A stretch of DNA of 64,000 nucleotides from Candidatus Latescibacterota bacterium. Lineage in GTDB: Bacteria; Latescibacterota; UBA2968. Every line of letters begins with the position of its first letter. The first letter of the stretch is position 1. The notes under the pieces are model-generated. The model saw nothing but the letters and a program-made list of their open reading frames with translations, was not told the origin of the DNA and did no database searches. Below are positions 18,372 to 29,754 of this stretch, piece after piece. The stretch spans positions 416,001-480,000 of the forward strand of contig OZ240241.1 in NCBI GenBank assembly GCA_965198115.1, in the 5' to 3' direction. A program made the translations under genes and the position numbers.

Positions 18372-18759
18372 ATGAAGCTCACCGAAAAGCATCGAATGCG
18401 CGGGGGTGTGTGCCAGGTTGGAATTAGCAGGCCAGGGCTCGAAAACTATGGCTCGAGAGTGTGGGGTTTCGCGGCAGACGATATACAACTGGTGCAAAAT
18501 CCCCGAGTTTTTGGCTGAAAAACTCCGTCGTAAAGCGGTTTTCCGGGTTGACTTGTCCGATATTCCGCTCACGCATCGCCGGAATCGCATCGAGCTCCTC
18601 GCCGGGATTGCGAACGACGCCGGCGAGAGGTCGGGAGATCGGATTCGTGCGGTGAGGGCTATCGCGGATGAGGCGGCGGCCGACGTGGAGGGGATGATCG
18701 AGTCGCTCCAGGAGCAGATCGACCTTTTCGAGCGCCAGATGGCTGGCGACATGTCGTGA
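18372..18759 (+). CDS. Third, diverged HTH/terminase-small-like paralog (frameshift near 5' end)
   Basis: GGAGG + MKLTEKH..., MARECGVSRQTIYNW, IADEAAADVEGMIESLQEQIDL shared with the 13684 units. Confidence 0.7.
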
Positions 18760-18833
18760 CACGTTGCTGACCATCAATCAAGAGCCATCGAGTGAAGGAT
18801 ACTACTTGGCGATGCAGGTTTCCGGAAATAAAA

Positions 18834-19694
18834 GGCTCTATCCGGGTTTCTCAACGGTGAAACTATAGAATGACAAGGTCATAGATCGTTCCCTACGCTT
18901 GGTTGTGTGTGTAGGACAATCAAAGCGAAGGGGGTGCGACCTATGACCGGGAGCAGATTACTATCGAAACTGCTGAGATTCAAGGGGTTCCGTGTTGTCA
19001 GCTGGTGGTTTGAGGGGAGAAGCTGCTTCGTCATCGCCGTAAAGCCACATAAGAATGGTTATTGTTGTCCGGAGTGCGGCCGTCGAGGTAAAATCGTCCG
19101 CACAATGCCCCATCCGCGTCGGTGGCGTGACATTCCGGTGTGCGGGTGGAGGGTCTGGCTTCTTTACCATCCTCGGGAGATTCGGTGTCCTACCCACGGT
19201 CGTGTGGTCGAGGAGATTCCGTGGGCGGGACCGCTCCTGCGTGGTGTGGGTTGGCCGCGGCAGGGCGCGTAAAACGATCGATCGGTTCTTCACAGAGGCT
19301 CTCAGTCCCTACCGGAGATCCAAGATCGAGTGGGCCTGCTGCGACATGAGCGAAGCTTACATCGGAGCCATCCAGGAACACTGTCCGAATGCCAAGCTGG
19401 TCCTCGATCGCTTTCACATCGTCAAGGCTCTCAATGCCGCCGTTGACGAGGTCCGTAAGGACCAGTGGCGTAAAGCTGCCCCGGATGAGCGCAAAGCCAT
19501 GAAGGGCCTCCGATGGCTCCTCTACCGGCACTCAGCGACACGCTCCAGAGGGGATACTCGGACACTCAAAGCACTGGAGAAGGCGAACTACCGAATCTAT
19601 AGAGCCTGGAGACTCAAGGACGAGTTCGAGCAGTTCTGGGAATACAAAGCGCCCTGGGCTGCCGAACGCTTCCTGAAATGCTGGACGACGTCCG
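18834..19694 (+). mobile_element. ISL3 truncated copy with internal deletion
   Basis: IRL at 18834; ~240-bp deletion at ~19228; fused to IS256 at 19694. Confidence 0.92.
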
Positions 19695-20905
19695 GCCGTG
19701 GCGTTCCTGGCTTTCTTGAATCGCCTGGCGGCGTTTGTGCGAAGCCGAACGGAAGCAAAGGGGCTCTCGACGACGTTCGTGGTTCTCAGGTGTTTCCAGT
19801 GTTCCTTCGGGAAGTCGTAGAACGTGACCATCCGATCCCAGTCTCTTTCGAGCGTCTCCACGGCGGCAGGGAACTGTGAGCGATACCGTGCGGCAAAGCG
19901 TTTCCGGAGCTTCTCGGCCTCCTTTTTCGTGCCGGCATAGGGGATCTGGACGAGCAGTGCGCGGGCTTCAGCCTGTGCACGCTTGGCGACCTTGTCGAGC
20001 ACGTTGAGGATCTTGTGGTTCCAGCACCGTTGTTGCCGGCTCTCTGGCCAGACCTGATCAACGGCCGCCCAGATGCCCATATTCCCGTCCGCGGCGATCA
20101 GGACAGGATGTTCGAGCCCGCGATCCCGGAGATTCCGGAGCACCGTGAGCCAGGATTCTGTAGACTCTCGATAACCGGGTTCTATCGCCAGGATCTCCTT
20201 GCTGCCGTCGCTCATCGCGCCGATCACGACCAGCAGACACGCCTTCTCGCGCTCGAGCCCGGCTTTGACGTAGATGCCATCAGCCCAGGCGTAGACCAGT
20301 TCGCGATTATCCAGACGCCTTTCTTTCCAGTCCTGGAAGTCGACCTCCCACTTCCCTCGAAGACGAGCGATCGAGGTCGGCGAAAGCGGCGCGCCATCAC
20401 CGAGCAGCGCACGCAAAGACAACTCGAAGTCGCCCTGGGAGAGACCGTGGAGATAAAGGTCGGGAAGCAGATCTCCAATGGCCCTGGTTCTCCGGGCGAA
20501 CAGGGGGAGGATGCGGCTTTCAAACCGCTCTTCCAGACCACGAGCCCGGGGACGCCGGACCTTGATCGTTCCGCAGCTCGTCGAGAGACGCCGGGGCTTG
20601 CCGTAGCCGTTCCTGTAGCCCCTGGAGCTATCGACCTCGGCTCGGCGCTCATACCACGACCGGCCCAAGAACGCGGTCGCCTCCTCCTCCGGAATGGACT
20701 GGAACCGGCCCTGGATCTCTTCACGGATCCAATCGTCAACCGTCTCCCACGTCGGCATGGACTTCAATGGGGCTCTATGCGTATGTTCCTTCACGGCGAT
20801 CCTCCTTCCCAACCGGGCCTCTCACCCGGTTTTGTGTGAATCAACTATCTCACGGGAAGGGTAGGGTCGCCCTTTCTCTTTTTCCACACCTTTTGATTAT
20901 AGCTC
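19695..20905 (-). mobile_element. IS256-family element A, 3'-truncated copy
   Basis: Near-identical to 7126-8499, lacks right end. Confidence 0.93.
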
Positions 20906-21113
20906 GTTGGATTTTGCCCACAACAGGTCGGTGGATTGGGTGGTCTTCTTCTTGTCCCTGCACGTTTATCAGTCCGTGTAGAGCTGGTAATGTCTTAGGT
21001 TTCCTGCAAAAGAAGCGGCGTGAACTATCTTCCTGAGGTCCCAAAAAACCTCACGCCCCGAGTGGGCACAGGCCACGCCGTATGAAGAAGCTATCGCCGA
21101 GTGTTAAGCTTCG

Positions 21114-22502
21114 GGTCAAGTCCCATAGTCAGTTGAAACTCATCGGGCTCCGTGGTATTCATGCTCTCTGCCGAGCATCTTGATTGTCGCCGAGATTCAG
21201 GTTGTTTTTCAGTGCTTGCCTGAGCAGCGGGAGGTGTTTGTATCCGCTCACGCGTCGCAGGCGTGGTTCGATGTCGAGGAGTGCGGCCGCGACCCATCTG
21301 TGTCGCTGAGGAGAGTTGTTCCAGCGGTTGACCTTCCGTATCAGGTTGCCGGTCATGCTGTTGAGCGCCTCGATGCAATTGGTGGTTCGGAAGCTTCGCT
21401 TCAAGAACGGGAGCATCCCCAGCCGGTGGAGGGTCAGGGTTTCCTCCAGTCCTTCCTCGAGGCTTGCCACGGCAGACTGATTCATCAGCTTGAGTTCGGG
21501 TTTGAGTGATTCGAGTGCGGCCTTTGCCTCCTCGTAGGTGTCGCAGTCATAGGCTTTCTGAAGTTTCCGTCGAACTCTTGGACGTTCTGCCTCCGGGAGG
21601 TAGCTGACGACGTTCTCGCGCTTGTGCCACTGACAGCGATGCACGCACACATCCCCTTTGAGGGCTTTGGTGACGGCACTGCGGAGTCCCTTTGAGCCGT
21701 CCAGCACAACGAGAAGGCCCTGGTCGTAGCACAGGCCTCTCCGGATGAGATCCTGGATCAGCTGACGGCAGATCCGTTCGTTCTCCGTCGCCGATTCGAC
21801 GAAGCCCAGGGGGATCTTCTGGCCGTCCGTCGTGACGCCCGGAGCGATCACGATCTCTTCGTCGGCAAAGCTCTTTCCGTCGATGAACAGGGCGACCAAG
21901 TCGTAGTCGTCGAGCGGTCGTTCCTGGAACTGCTTCAGCTTCTTTGCGGTGGCTTTGATGAACCGTCGCGAGACGGAGGATGCCGAGATTCCGAACGCTT
22001 CGGGTACCGACTCTGCACAGGCTCTGTAGTTGCGACAGGAGATTCCCTTGAGCACACGAAGCAGCAGCTTCTCATCCATCGCTCTGGGCCTCTGCATCCC
22101 CCGGTATGCGGCCAGAGAAACCTCCGTATCGGACTCGACGTCGCGCACACGGGGAACGGCCACCGGCAGCTTCTGGTCCATCAGATACACGGACCCTTTC
22201 TGGCTTCCCCATCGACGATGCGACTGCTCTGAACCCTTACGCGCATACCGAACGCCTGCGAGCTGCTCCACCTCCTGCTGGAGCACGTCGGCAACGGCCT
22301 CCAGACCCAGCGGAATCAGCGCCCGGATCACCGATAAACGCGTCTCCAAATCCATAACGTCTGACCCAACCTTGACTTCGCCATCCCCCTGCAAATAGCT
22401 TCTCCATCGTGGGCTCCTTTCTTACGGGTACACGCTCTCACACGTCTACCCACAACGTAAGTTTGGAGCCCTTTAAGTTTCAACTAGGATAGGGACCTCA
22501 CC
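21114..22502 (-). mobile_element. IS256-family element B (transposase 21159..22394)
   Basis: LFIDGK, VLDGSKGL, HRCQWHK, RTTNCIE; 26-bp imperfect IRs GGTGAGGTCCCTATCCTAGTTGAAAC / GGTCAAGTCCCATAGTCAGTTGAAAC; no TSD. Confidence 0.93.
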
Positions 22503-22704
22503 CCCCAGCCTCGTTCGTGTGGTAGACGTGAAAAAGGCGCTCCGCGTTGACGTGGTAGTCGTCGCGATTGTATTCGTAGTGAAGGAAGATGAACAGAATC
22601 AAGGCGCAGGTGATGCCGAGACTGAGGCTCACGACGCTGATGAGGGTGACCATCTTCTCAGCGACGACGTATTGCCAGGCGATTTTGATGTAGTTGGCCA
22701 GCAC
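22503..22704 (-). pseudogene. N-terminus of a MacB/FtsX-like ABC permease, truncated by IS256-B
   Basis: MLANYIKIAW...SLSLGITCALILFIFL.YEY..D.YH.NAERLF.V. Confidence 0.85.
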
Positions 22705-22714
22705 AGATTTTTTG

Positions 22715-24133
22715 GGCTATATCCGGATCTCTCAACGAGATGAAGTGGGTGAAGGTGCCGTGGTTCCTGGCATGGGGGCGCGGTTAGCGTGTGCGGAACC
22801 TCTTCGGAATCTGCTCAGGGATGTTTATGTCTCCGACGGTAAGGAAGATCATATCGTAATGCGTCGAGTGTGCGGAATCCGCTGGCTCGGTTTCTTGACG
22901 ATTTGGACGATTCGGTTGAGGCCTTCGGCGATGGCGTTGGTAAGACGCGTGTTCACGAATGCGAGGACGCCGAAGAAGTGCTGTCGCAGGGTCCTGACGA
23001 ACTTTCGCAGGGGTTCAAGTCGACTTCTGAGTGCGGACGTCGTCCAGCATTTCAGGAAGCGTTCGGCAGCCCAGGGCGCTTTGTATTCCCAGAACTGCTC
23101 GAACTCGTCCTTGAGTCTCCAGGCTCTATAGATTCGGTAGTTCGCCTTCTCCAGTGCTTTGAGTGTCCGAGTATCCCCTCTGGAGCGTGTCGCTGAGTGC
23201 CGGTAGAGGAGCCATCGGAGGCCCTTCATGGCTTTGCGCTCATCCGGGGCAGCTTTACGCCACTGGTCCTTACGGACCTCGTCAACGGCGGCATTGAGAG
23301 CCTTGACGATGTGAAAGCGATCGAGGACCAGCTTGGCATTCGGACAGTGTTCCTGGATGGCTCCGATGTAAGCTTCGCTCATGTCGCAGCAGGCCCACTC
23401 GATCTTGGATCTCTGGTAGGGACTGAGAGCCTCTGTGAAGAACCGATCGATCGTTTTACGCGCCCTGCCGCGGCCAACCCACACCACGCAGGAGCGGTCC
23501 AGATCGTAAACGAGCGTGGCGTACCTGTGACGCTTGGCGTAGGAGATCTCGTCGATCCCGATGGTTTTGAGCCCTCGGATACGATGACCTTCACGAAGCC
23601 GCGTGATGGATCGGTGAAGGAGATCCGACAGCGTCGAGGCAGAGATGCGCAGTAACTCGGACGCCGCCTTCTGCGTCATGGTCTGGCAGTAGCGCAGCAT
23701 GGCATACTCGAAGCGATACGTCACCCGAGAGAACCGCTCCGCCCACGGAATCTCCTCGACCACACGACCGTGGGTAGGACACCGAATCTCCCGAGGATGG
23801 TAGAGAAGCCAGACCCTCCACCCGCACACCGGAATGTCACGCCACCGACGCGGATGGGGCATTGTGCGGACGATTTTACCTCGACGGCCGCACTCCGGAC
23901 AACAACAACCATTCTTATGTGGCTTTACGGCGATGACGAAACAGCTTCTCCCCTCAAACCACCAGCTGACAACACGGAACCCCTTGAATCTCAGCAGTTT
24001 CGATAGTAATCTGCTCCCGGTCATAGGTCGCACCCCCTTCGCTTTGATTGTCCTACACACACAACCAAGCGTAGGGAACGATCTATGACCTTATCATTCT
24101 ATAGTTTCACCGTTGAGAAACCCGGATAGAGCC
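22715..24133 (-). mobile_element. ISL3 copy (small indels near 3' end)
   Basis: Both IRs; 8-bp TSD ATTTTTTG. Confidence 0.96.
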
Positions 24134-24182
24134 ATTTTTTGGCTCTCACTCGTGCGTTTGTGAGGAAGTGTCCGAAGCGCGC

Positions 24183-24645
24183 TTACTCATAACGCAAGGC
24201 TGTGACCGGATCCTGGCGCGCGGCATGAACCGCTTGCCATCCGATCGCCAGCACTGCGACGATCAGTCCCGTCATGACCCCAGCCACGAATGGTGCGGCG
24301 TCTGGCTGGATTCGGTAGGCGAATCCCTCGAGCCAGGCACTGGACGCGTGGTAGGTCACTGGTGTGGCGATGACGCCCGCGATGAGGACGAGCGTGAGAA
24401 ACTCACGCGTGAGCATCGCTACGATGTGCCGTTCTGTTGCGCCAACGGCTTTTCGGACGCCGATTTCGCGGGTTTGCTGCTGGACCGTGTATTAGGCGAG
24501 TCCGACGAGTTCGAAACACGCCATGAGTCCTACGAGGAGGCATACACCGATCCCGACGGCAAGACCGAGGATGTTGATCAGAGAATAGCCGGGATGACGG
24601 GTCGGGCTCTGAAGGCGATGGTGAGTTAGTTTCGGAGCACCTCAT
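24183..24645 (-). pseudogene. C-terminal fragment of a MacB/FtsX-like ABC permease
   Basis: REIGVRKAVG, EFLTLVLIAGVIATP..Y....WLEGFAYRI, DPVTALRYE; frame breaks. Confidence 0.85.
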
Positions 24646-24714
24646 CCTTTCAGGTCGCCTCGCTGTGATAGTGCGATCGTTACGCTAAATCTCCACACGC
24701 TATCAGTTTGTAGT

Positions 24715-24880
24715 CCACTCTTTTGTGACCAAAAGAGTGGCAGAAAAGTCCCGCTCAGTCGCCGCGGGGGCTGGTAGCCTCGGCCGGCAGTCTATGCGGT
24801 GCCAAGGACGAACATCCAGTAGCCGACATGCTCCACCCCCCTCCCTTGCCGTCCGCCGGTATCTGGGTCGCCTTACAGCA
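24715..24880. repeat. Dispersed intergenic repeat, copy A
   Basis: Hairpin CCACTCTTTTG-TGAC-CAAAAGAGTGG then CAGAAAAGTCCCGCTCA, shared with 38764 and 41938. Confidence 0.7.
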
Positions 24881-25447
24881 GAACCGCTTAACATGTTGCG
24901 TTGGCGGACCAGCAGCCGTAGGCGGTGGAAGGAACATCGGGGCCGCCTTTCGCCTTTCCCTCGGCGCCATCCCGTGGACTGCAGGAACTACATAAGGGGC
25001 CCACCAGAGCAAGAGCGCGTTCACCGGTCGATACCAACGTCATTTCGGATCCGTTATCATTCAGTGGGAACGACTAAACGTGGGAACGAGTGGTTTCAGA
25101 CTTCAAAGATACTGTAGGGAGATGCGATTGTGGACACCTTCATCGATCGAGGGACGCGGATCAACGTCGAGGTCGGCAGCGTGCGCAGGCCGGAGATGAT
25201 ATAGTAGACTGTCGATCTGCAGCAGCTTCTGCGGAGCCGCACTTGACATTGTCGTGCAGCCGCGTGATCATTCCGGCACTGAAGGGGGCGCACTTCCGGG
25301 GCTAAGCTGGATCCTTAGCAATGGAGTGCGCCTTTTGCGCATTCCGTTCAAGGGGGAAGTTACGCCTCTTACGGGGCGGGCGGCACTGTAAGCGGTGTTC
25401 TGTCGAAGAGATAGTTGGCGGTTGTGACAAGAGTCGGAGGCTGTGCC

Positions 25448-27874
25448 GTGACCTTACACAAGTATCAAGAGTTCATAAATCTGGACGTTGCACGAAAGTT
25501 CCCAGGGGGCAGAAGCGAGGGTATCCAAGTCTATGTGTCTGAGATTGCGTGCTATACCGAGCATCCTGACTTGCGCCACAACATGCGTCGCCTAGGGCCC
25601 GATCGGTTTACCGAACATCGGCGCTATCACCAGTTCGTCGATCACGGGACCCAAGTGTGTGGGATCATTGGGTGCTGACGAGGACGAAAAGGGTGCGACA
25701 GGCCTCGCGCCGAGCTATAATCAAAAGGTGTGGAAAAAGAGAAAGGGCGACCCTACCCTTCCCGTGAGATAGTTGATTCACACAAAACCGGGTGAGAGGC
25801 CCGGTTGGGAAGGAGGATCGCCGTGAAGGAACATACGCATAGAGCCCCATTGAAGTCCATGCCGACGTGGGAGACGGTTGACGATTGGATCCGTGAAGAG
25901 ATCCAGGGCCGGTTCCAGTCCATTCTGGAGGAGGAGGCGACCGCGTTCTTGGGCCGGTCGTGGTATGAGCGCCGAGCCGAGGTCGATAGCTCCAGGGGCT
26001 ACAGGAACGGCTACGGCAAGCCCCGGCGTCTCTCGACGAGCTGCGGAACGATCAAGGTCCGGCGTCCCCGGGTTCGTGGTCTGGAAGAGCGGTTTGAAAG
26101 CCGCATCCTCCCCCTGTTCGCCCGGAGAACCAGGGCCATTGGAGATCTGCTTCCCGACCTTTATCTCCACGGTCTCTCCCAGGGCGACTTCGAGTTGTCT
26201 TTGCGTGCGCTGCTCGGTGATGGCGCGCCGCTTTCGCCGACCTCGATCGCTCGTCTTCGAGGGAAGTGGGAGGTCGACTTCCAGGACTGGAAAGAAAGGC
26301 GTCTGGATAATCGCGAACTGGTCTACGCCTGGGCTGATGGCATCTACGTCAAAGCCGGGCTCGAGCGCGAGAAGGCGTGTCTGCTGGTCGTGATCGGCGC
26401 GATGAGCGACGGCAGCAAGGAGATCCTGGCGATAGAACCCGGTTATCGAGAGTCTACAGAATCCTGGCTCACGGTGCTCCGGGATCTCCGGGATCGCGGG
26501 CTCGAACATCCTGTCCTGATCGCCGCGGACGGGAATATGGGCATCTGGGCGGCCGTTGATCAGGTCTGGCCAGAGAGCCGGCAACAACGGTGCTGGAACC
26601 ACAAGATCCTCAACGTGCTCGACAAGGTCGCCAAGCGTGCACAGGCTGAAGCCCGCGCACTGCTCGTCCAGATCCCCTATGCCGGCACGAAAAAGGAGGC
26701 CGAGAAGCTCCGGAAACGCTTTGCCGCACGGTATCGCTCACAGTTCCCTGCCGCCGTGGAGACGCTCGAAAGAGACTGGGATCGGATGGTCACGTTCTAC
26801 GACTTCCCGAAGGAACACTGGAAACACCTGAGAACCACGAACGTCGTCGAGAGCCCCTTTGCTTCCGTTCGGCTTCGCACAAACGCCGCCAGGCGATTCA
26901 AGAAAGTCAGGAACGCCACGACTCTCATCTGGCGTACGCTCAAGGTCGCAGAGAGCCGATTCAGGAAACTCACCGCGCCACACTTGCTACAACAAGTCTA
27001 CGATCAGAAACACTCAACCGGACCGCAGGTCGAAGCCGGGAAGATGGCCGCCTGATTTCTTTTACACACCTATTGACCTGAGCTCCTCGCGCCTGAGGCC
27101 ATGCTCTCATTCATACCGAATAATGATTCCAACTACGTTGCGGGAAAGGTGCTCGAGCATGCCCACCCGGGCGATATTCTGAGCTTGTCGTTAGGGTCGA
27201 TTGGTGGTGGGTCGGTCGAGTACCAGTGGGGGTCAGCACTTAGCGATCTAAGGGATTCGGGCATCATTGTTGTGTGCAGTGCGGGCAACCGCAACAAGTT
27301 CCTCGATGCGCTCGACACTGAGGACCACCCGCACGGGACGTTCGACGCAGGGTGCATCGTCGTGGGTGCAGCAAGTCCAAATCAGCGGGAACTGATCCTC
27401 CCCATTCACCAAACTTCGTATGGGTCGCGGGTGAGCGCCAGTGGGCCGGGTAGTGGCGTTTATACGACCGAGTACGATCTCACGACCGAGGATGATGAGG
27501 ACTACGGGTTCTTCTCTCTGACGTCGGCCGCCGTACCTGTTGTCGCCGGCTGTTGTGCGGTGGTGCAAGGCATTCGAAAAGCCCGTGGATTCGGACCCTA
27601 CACACCCGCTGAGATGCGGACCGAGATCGAGGCCACCGGCAAGCCGCTCGACTTCAGATACGCTCCCGAGAAGGAAGGGTATCTTGGCAACTTCATGGAT
27701 CTTGATCCGCTGGTGAAGCGTGCTTTGCAAGTGCCGGATTATGACAACGATGGCAGGGTTGGATTCTATGATCTGACGGAGTGGACGAGGCAAGGGGCGA
27801 CGACATTCGATCGCCTTCTCGAGTTCGCACGCCACTACGGCAGGGCGTGGCCCGATGACTATCCACTGGCTTAG
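25448..27874 (+). pseudogene. Subtilisin-like S8 peptidase with dockerin/EF-hand-like tail, split by IS256-A
   Basis: EHPDL, HGTQVCGII, GATGLAPEA across the IS, SAGN, TSAAVPVVAG; tail DYDNDGRVGFYDL...FARHYG; extra G near 25669. Confidence 0.85.
25712..27085 (+). mobile_element. IS256-family element A, copy 3
   Basis: Complete IRs; 8-bp TSD CTCGCGCC. Confidence 0.96.
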
Positions 27875-28376
27875 TGCATGGTTTCATAAATATTATTACG
27901 TATGTCCTGAACATTATTTGTAGCTTATGTTCTCCTTCAAAAGGAGGAGAACAATGCCAATACGTTCGCCTTATGTGGTGCTACTGTCTGAGAAGGAACG
28001 GGTCGACCTCGAGCGAATGGCTGGACAATATACGTTACCGTATTATCAAGTGATCCGATCGAAAATCGTGCTTCTCGCCGCCGAGGGATTATCCAACAAG
28101 ATTATCGCCCAACGGTTGGATGTCCCGCGTCCGATCGTAAGCAAATGGCGTAAGCGCTTTTTCGAAGAGCGTCTTTCGGGACTCGAAGATAGATCTCGTC
28201 CCGGGCGCCCGCCCGGTTTTCCCCCCTCAGGTGGTCGTTCAGATCAAGGCGCTGGCGTGTGAACTACCGAGCGAGAGCGGGATACCGCTCTCGCGGTTCA
28301 GCTGTTCCGAGATTGCCGCCGAGGCAGTGCAAAGGGGCTTCGTTGCCAAGATCAGCGGCGCCACTGTCTGGCGTGG
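27872..28376 (+). mobile_element. IS630-family 5' remnant
   Basis: HTH RSKIVLLAAEG...VSKWRKRF...LEDRSRPGRP, T4C6 frame change, ALACELP...ISGATVWR, then truncated. Confidence 0.85.
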
Positions 28377-29039
28377 GGAAACGGCGATTTGCAGCAGTCC
28401 TTCCTGTTGCTGACGAAAGAAGGGGCTGTGCTCGTCGACCCTGTGGAACCCAAGAGCAGAGCGGCGCTCGAACTATTGCGGACCCATGCGGGAGGGTCGT
28501 TCCTGGCCATCGTCAACACGAGTGTTCTGCACGATCGAGATGTCGAGTTTTTCAAGAAGCGTTTCAAGATACCCCTCTACGGGCCGCAGGCCTCGCCGCC
28601 ACGATCCAAGTTCTTCAAGAAAGTGGATGAATTCTACTCGGAGGGGAGTGCGCTCCCTGGTGGAATCCAGGCCATCGATTCGGGGGATGCGAACGGAGAG
28701 ACGTGGCTCTCCTGGAAGACACCGAGAGGTAAGCACGTGTTGATCAACGCCGACACGATCTATGGGCAGTCGCGTCGGGGCGGCCTCGACGGGGCGGCTT
28801 CTTCGTACTGGATGCAAGAGGGGGGCATTCGACTACGCATGACGGGTAAGTGCAGCCGCCGCGAAATGCGGAAGCGCTACGGCAAGCTGAGCGACCTCCC
28901 CGTCGACGTCATCATAAATGGTCACAATTCACTGCCGCTGGACGACAGCCCCAAGGACGCGATCGAGCAGGTGTTGGCCAAGGGCCAGTTCGAGAACAGT
29001 CGCGGGGTGACCTATATGTATATGGATTGGGGGGAGTAG
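28377..29039 (+). pseudogene. Metallo-beta-lactamase-fold hydrolase, 5'-truncated
   Basis: SFLL...GAVLVDP, LHDRD, INADT, INGH motifs. Confidence 0.6.
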
Positions 29040-29325
29040 CCGGTGGGCGGTTAGCCCTTCGCTACGCCTGCTGCGCAGGCTACTCAGGACGGGTGGTGGG
29101 ACGAAGAGGCGGCCTATCGTATGAGAATAGGGGATCGCGAGCGTATGCGATCCCTTTTCTGTTTCTGGTGAAGTCGAGAAATCAAGGGTTGACGTTCGGC
29201 TGCCTTCCTCGCCGTGGATAACAGCGGCGATTCCAACTGCAACGAACAACCGTGACCCACTGGCTCACGGGTATCCCCTTCTTATCCGGAAGTCGCCTGA
29301 AACAGCGGTCGCGCCTTTCCAGTTT

Positions 29326-29437
29326 TTGCAAAATGCAATTTTGAAGTGTCGCATAGAATCACATACTAGTAGATATAAATATCATATTTACAGTATATTG
29401 AGTTAATATTTGGGATTCTATGTCTCGCAAAATGCAA
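29326..29437 (+). promoter_or_regulatory. Two NtrC-family enhancer-like sites flanking an AT-rich tract
   Basis: TTGCAAAATGCAA (29326-38) and TCGCAAAATGCAA (29425-37). Confidence 0.65.
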
Positions 29438-29527
29438 AACGCGAGACTTTTAGCTGACTGTATCTTGGCAGTGATAACTGTCTAAAAAAACAAAGCTTAA
29501 TGAAGCGCAACCGTCTCAACTACGATG

Positions 29528-29543
29528 TGGCATTCGTGTTGCA
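29528..29543 (+). promoter_or_regulatory. Sigma54 -24/-12 promoter
   Basis: TGGCATTCGTGTTGCA: GG-N10-GC. Confidence 0.8.
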
Positions 29544-29754
29544 AGGGTGGGCGCGTGAGATGAAAACCATTCCACCTGGAGGTTGCGATGACCGATGCCG
29601 AGCACCATCACATCAAGACGATCCAATCGGCCATGCTTGCGTTCGATGTGGCTGTCGCAGCTGCCTGTCTTCGGCTCGGGGCCCACGACCGGGATCGAGT
29701 GCCGTCCATCCACTCAGACCGGGTCGATCGTCTCAGGGCTTCGAGGGAGGACGT

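Noticed and set aside
21106-21113. AAGCTTCG flank of IS256-B matching the duplicated 7-mer in ISL3
   Set aside because: Surrounding sequence is not ISL3; a short match is plausibly chance.
29500-29754. N-terminal extension of the methyltransferase ORF (likewise 55696-55827 and 36029-36232)
   Set aside because: Overlaps the promoter or repeat sequence; better starts lie downstream.
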